In this document: positions 59,055 to 64,000 of the stretch, piece by piece
How the letters are laid out: the number at the start of each line of letters is the position of its first letter
Position numbering within the stretch: position 1 is the first letter of the stretch
Assembly (NCBI RefSeq): GCF_963921235.1
Contig: NC_086097.1
Coordinates: forward strand, 105,030,001-105,094,000
Direction of reading: 5' to 3'
DNA length: 64,000 nucleotides
Source of the DNA: Mobula hypostoma
Lineage: Eukaryota
Notes under the pieces: model-generated
Database searches by the model: none
Seen by the model: the letters and a program-made list of their open reading frames with translations, nothing else
What the model was told of the DNA's origin: nothing
Translations under genes and position numbers: made by a program

Positions 59055-62000
59055 GACCATAAGATACAGAAGCAGAATTAGGTCATTTGGCCTATCATGT
59101 CTGCTCCGCCATTCAATCATGGTCAATTCCTTTCTCCCCACCCACCACCTTCTCCCTGTGATCTTTGATCCAGTGGCCAATCAAGAACTTATCAATCTCC
59201 ACCTTAAATGCACCCAGTAACCTGGTCTCCATAGCTGCCAGGCTGAAAAAATTTGTTTGAATCTCTGTTTTAAATGGATGCCCCTCTATCCTGAGGCTGT
59301 GCCCTCTTGTCCTTGACTGCCCCACCATATGAAACATCCTTTCCACATCTACTCTGTCTAGGCCTTTCAACATTTGAAAGGTTTCAATCAGATCCCCCTC
59401 ATCCTTCTAAATTCCAATGAGTACAGGCCCAGAGCCATCAAACATTCCTCATGTGATTCACAGAATCATCCTTGTGAACCTCCTCTGGACCCTCTCCAAT
59501 GCCACCTCATCTTTTCTAAGATGAGGAGCCCAAAACTGTTCACAATACTCAAGATGAGGCCTCACCAGTGTCTTATAAAGCCTCAGCATCACATTCCTGC
59601 ACTGGTATTCTAGATCTCTTGAAATGAATGCTAACATTGCACTTCCTTCCTCATCACCAATTTTACCTGCAAGTTGACCTTTAAGGTGTTCTGCACAAGG
59701 ACTCCCAAGTCCCCTTGCATCTCAGATTTTTGGATTTTCTCCCTATTTACAAAATAGTCTGCACATTTATTTCTACTACCAAATTGCATGACCATGCATT
59801 TTCCAACATTGTATTTTATTTGTCACCTTCTCGTCCATTTTCCTAATTGGTCTAAGTCCTTCTGCAGCCTTCCTGTTTCCTCAACACTACCTGCCCCTCC
59901 AGCAATCTTCATATCATCCACAAACTTGGCAACAAAGCCATCTACTCCATCATCTAAAGCATTGATATACAGCATAAAAAGAAGTGGTCCCAACACCGGC
60001 CCATGCAGAATACCACTAGTCATTGGCAGCCAACCAGAAAAGAATATTTTTTATTCCCACTTGTCGCCTCCTACCAATCAGCCAATGCTCTAACCATGCT
60101 AATAACTTTCCTGTAAAACCAGTGGTTCTTAACTTGGTAAGCAGCCACATGTGTGGCACCTTGTAAAGGCCTTCTGAAAGTCCAAATATACTGCATCCCC
60201 TTTATCTATCCTATGTGTAATTTCCTCAAAGAATTCCAACAGGTTGATCAGGTAAGATTTTCCCTTAAGGAAACCATGCTGACTTTTTCTTATCCTGTCC
60301 TGAGTCACCAAGTACTCCATAACTTCATCCTTAACAATTGACTTCAAAATCTTCCCAACCACTCAGGTCAGGCTAACTGGTTTAGAATTTCCTTACTGCT
60401 GCCACTGTCCTTTCTTAAAGAGTGGAAGACGTTTGCAAATTTCCAGTCCTCCAGAACCATGCCACGGTCCAATGGTTCTTGAAAGATCATTACTAATGCC
60501 TCCACAATCTCTACCGCTACCCTAGGGTGCAGTTCATCTGGTCCAGGTGACTTAGGTACCTTTAGGTCTTTCAGTTTTTTGAACATCTTCTCCCTTGTGA
60601 TAGTGACTGCACTCACTTCTCTTCCCTCACACTCTTCAGCATCATTCATACTGCTAGTGTCCTCCACAGTGAAGACTGATGCAAAATACTCATTTAGTTC
60701 ATCTGTCATCTCCTTGTCCCCTGTTATTATTTCTCCAGCCTCATTTTCTAACGATCCACTCTCATCTCTCTTTTATTGTGTTATATACTTGAAAAAGCTT
60801 TTACTATCTACTTTGATATTGTTTGCTAGCTTGTTTTCATATTTCGTCTTTCCCCTCCTATTGATTCTTCTAGTTGTTCTCTGTAGGCTTGTAAAAGCTT
60901 CCCAATCCTCCATTTTCCTGCTAATTTTTGCTTTGTTGTATGCCTCTCTTTTGCTTTTACATTAGCTTTGACTTCCCTTGTCAGCCACTGTTATACTATT
61001 TTGCCATTTGAGTATTTTTGTTTTTGGAATACACATGTCCTGCAACTTCCTCATTTTTCCTAGAAATTCAAGCCATTGTTGCTCTGCTAACATCCCTGCC
61101 AGCATCTCCTTCCAATCAGGTTTGACCAACTCCTCTCTCATACCACTGAAATACTGCTATGTCAGACTTTACTTTCTCCTTATTAAATTTCAAGCTGAAC
61201 TCAATCATATTGTGATAACTGTCTTCTAAGGGTTCCTTTACCTTAAACTCCCTAGTCGCCTCTGGTTCATTACATACTACCCAATCCAGTATAGCTGATT
61301 CCCTAGTAGGCTCAATGACAAACTGCTCCAGAAAGTCATCTCGTAGGCATTCAACAAATTCACTCTTGAAATCCATTACCAACCTGATTTTCCCAATCGA
61401 TCTGTATGTTAAAATCTCCCACGACCATCACAACATTGTCCTTTTAACACACCTTTTCTATTTCCTATTGTAATCTGTAGTCCACATCCCATCTACTGTT
61501 TTGAGGCCTGTATATAACTGCCATCAGGGTCCTTTTACCCTTGCAGTTTCTTAACTCAACCCACAACCATCCAACATCTTCCGATCCTATGTCACATCTT
61601 TCCAATGATTTGATGCCATTCTTTACCAGCAAACCCACACCACCCCTTTCTATTCCTCTGATACATTGTGTGACCTTGGACATTGACATTCAGCTCCCAA
61701 CTACAACCACCCATCAGCCATGATTCAGTGATGGCCACAACATCATACCTGGCAATCTGTAACAGTGCAACAAGATCATCCACCTTATTCCTTATACTCC
61801 GTGCATTGAGATATAACACTTTGACTACTGTATTTGCTACCATTTTTGATTTTGCATCCCTAATGTACTGATACTCTCCCTTCTGGCTGCAATTTTGTCC
61901 TATCATCTGCCTGCCCTTCCCAACAGTCTGACTTGGTGCTATATTTGCTTTTTAACCATCCTTCCTATCCTGAGTCCCTTCACTCCAGTTCCCATCCCCT

Positions 62001-63170
62001 TTCCAAATTAGTTTAAACCCTCCCCAACAGCTCTAACAGTCCATGAGAATATTGGTTCAGGTGCAACCCATCCCTTTTGTACATGTCAAACCTCCCCAGA
62101 AGAGATCCCATTGATCCAAGAACCTGAAGCCCTGTGCCCTGCACCAGTTTCTCAGCCACGCATTTATCAGCCAAGTCATCCTGCTACTACCCTCCCTGAC
62201 CTGTGGCACAGGTAGCAATCTAGAAATTACTACCCTGCAGGTCCTGCTTCTCAGCTTTCTGCCTAGCTCTCTAAATTCTCTCTTCAGGACATCTTTGCTT
62301 TTCCTGCCTATGTCATTGGTACCAATATGTATGAAGACATCTGACTGATCTCCCTCCATCTCCAAAATGCTGTGGACGTGATCCAAGACGTCCCTGATCC
62401 TGGTAGCTGGGAGGCAATATGCCATTCAGGTGTCCACATCCAAAGAATCTCCTGTCTGTTCCTTTGACTATTGAGTCCCCTATCACTACCACTCCCTTCT
62501 TCTCCCTCTTTCCCTTCTGCACCACAGACCCAAGCTCAGTGCCAGTAACCTGGTCTCCATGGCATTCCCCGGGGTCACCCCACACAACAGTATCCAAAGC
62601 AGTACACTTATTATTGAGGGGAATGGCCACAGGGATGCTCCGCTTATTCACATTTGTTTCTCCTGACAGTCACCCAGCTACTCACCTCCTGCAACTGACT
62701 ACTTCCCTGTAATTCCGATTGATGATCTCCTTACTCTCCCATACAAGCCAAAGGTCATCTACCTGCTGCTCCAGATCCCTAACAAGGAACTGGAGTTGAA
62801 TGCACTTCATGCACATCTAGTTCCCTGGGAGAATCTGAGTCTCCCAGGGAACTAGATCTGGCATGAATAACACACAACGGCCATTTAAACTGCACTAAGT
62901 ACCCCTGATACAGTAAGAAAGAAGGGAAACTTAACAGAAACTTACAACTTCCCTAGAGACAATGCCTCTTCCAAGCTGAAGCTTCCTTTGAGCCAAAGCC
63001 TGACACTCCCAGTCTCACCACTGGCCCACTCCAACAATGGCTGCTCCACTTGTCCCTTCTGTGCTTTTACTTGCTTCTCTCTGCACTGCTCCCAATCCTG
63101 ATTGGGCCACTGGAATGACACCAAACACCCACAAAGCTCTCCTTTTAAACGAGTGCAGCCGGCCTGCAAG
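59055..63170 (-). mobile_element. Near full-length degenerate CR1 (5' region, ORF1 esterase, ORF2)
   Basis: VVIGDSIVKG and HIGTND (ORF1), YLNARSI/ITESW (endonuclease), and RT fragments down to about 59100. The 5' boundary is approximate. Confidence 0.88.
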
Positions 63171-63377
63171 AAACCTCGTCCCTGTGTGCTTCTCCCGTCC
63201 CTGATTGAGCCATCAGAGTGATCCTATCTGCTACACTACCAAGCCATCCATGCGTGGTAGGCTGCTATGAAAAATTAGATCATATGGGATCTAGGGAGAG
63301 CTAGTTAATTAGATACATAGGCTTGAGAAGTTAGAACCAAAGATTTAACAAGCTCAGAAAAAAGAGACTGAATATGT

Positions 63378-63660
63378 TTGTTTATTTATTTCTTGAGATA
63401 CAGCATGGAATAGGCCCTTGTGGCTCTTTGAGCCACACTGCCAGCAGCCCCCAATTTAATCTGAGCCTAATCATGGGACAATGAGCAATGAACCTACCGA
63501 TTAGTACATCTTTGGATTGTGGGAGGAAACCAGAGCACACGGAGGAAACCCATGTGGTCATGGGGAAAACATACAAACTCTTTACAGGCAACAGCAGGAA
63601 TTGAACTTGGGTTGTCGGTATGGTAAAGTGTTGTGCTAACCACTATACTGGCATACCACT
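63378..63660 (-). mobile_element. V-SINE-like element
   Basis: tgtgggaggaaaccagagcacacggaggaaacccatgtggtcatggggaaaacatacaaactc core and a (ttta)n tail. Confidence 0.75.
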
Positions 63661-64000
63661 CCAGGAAAACTAGATGAGTGCAAAACTCAAAAGGCTTTGG
63701 AGAGAAGACACTGTATATCTGTATATTCTTAGTCATTTATTCAGCGTAGGTAGGATGATAGTTAAGGCAGTGAAATGCTCCTGCTGTGAGATATGGAATT
63801 TAAGGGTACCTAACAGGCTCTCTGGTGACTACGTCTACAGGAAGTTCACCCAACGTCTGTTCCTGACTGACAAAGTCAAGGAACTGGAACTGGAGCTGGA
63901 GTTAGATATGCTTAGGACCATCCAGGAGGTTCATAGATGAAACTTCCACTGAGGTGATCATACCCAGAGTGCAGGTTTTAGATAGTAGATGGGTGATCAC

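Overview
Eukaryotic vertebrate DNA, most likely a cartilaginous fish such as a ray or shark (inferred from its CR1, V-SINE, Penelope and Rex repeat families). One host gene crosses the window on the + strand: HEATR4. I can place 8 coding exons by hand (136-465, 566-936, 7024-7205, 16580-16741, 33954-34148, 51191-51325, 57602-57799, 58372-58532). All have GT-AG boundaries and compatible phases, and the gene continues past the window. The introns are mostly nested transposons: many CR1 LINEs (some with the ORF1 esterase), Rex-Babar, RTE and Penelope remnants, a Tc1 end, a solo LTR, a Gmr1-type Gypsy element (PR-INT-RT-RH order) and a HERO-like RLE non-LTR fragment. The most notable signal is RNA structure, with three kinds of predicted self-cleaving ribozyme. 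(1) A hammerhead core with its three strands in non-circularly permuted order lies in the 3' UTR of the HERO-like element (53780-53855, +). (2) An HDV-like ribozyme with an extra hairpin in L3 lies at the 5' end of a non-autonomous RTE-type element (30021-30214, -). (3) Minimal Penelope-type hammerheads occur, best at 21292-21331 (+). All folds were derived by eye and none is experimentally shown. Many repeat boundaries are approximate.
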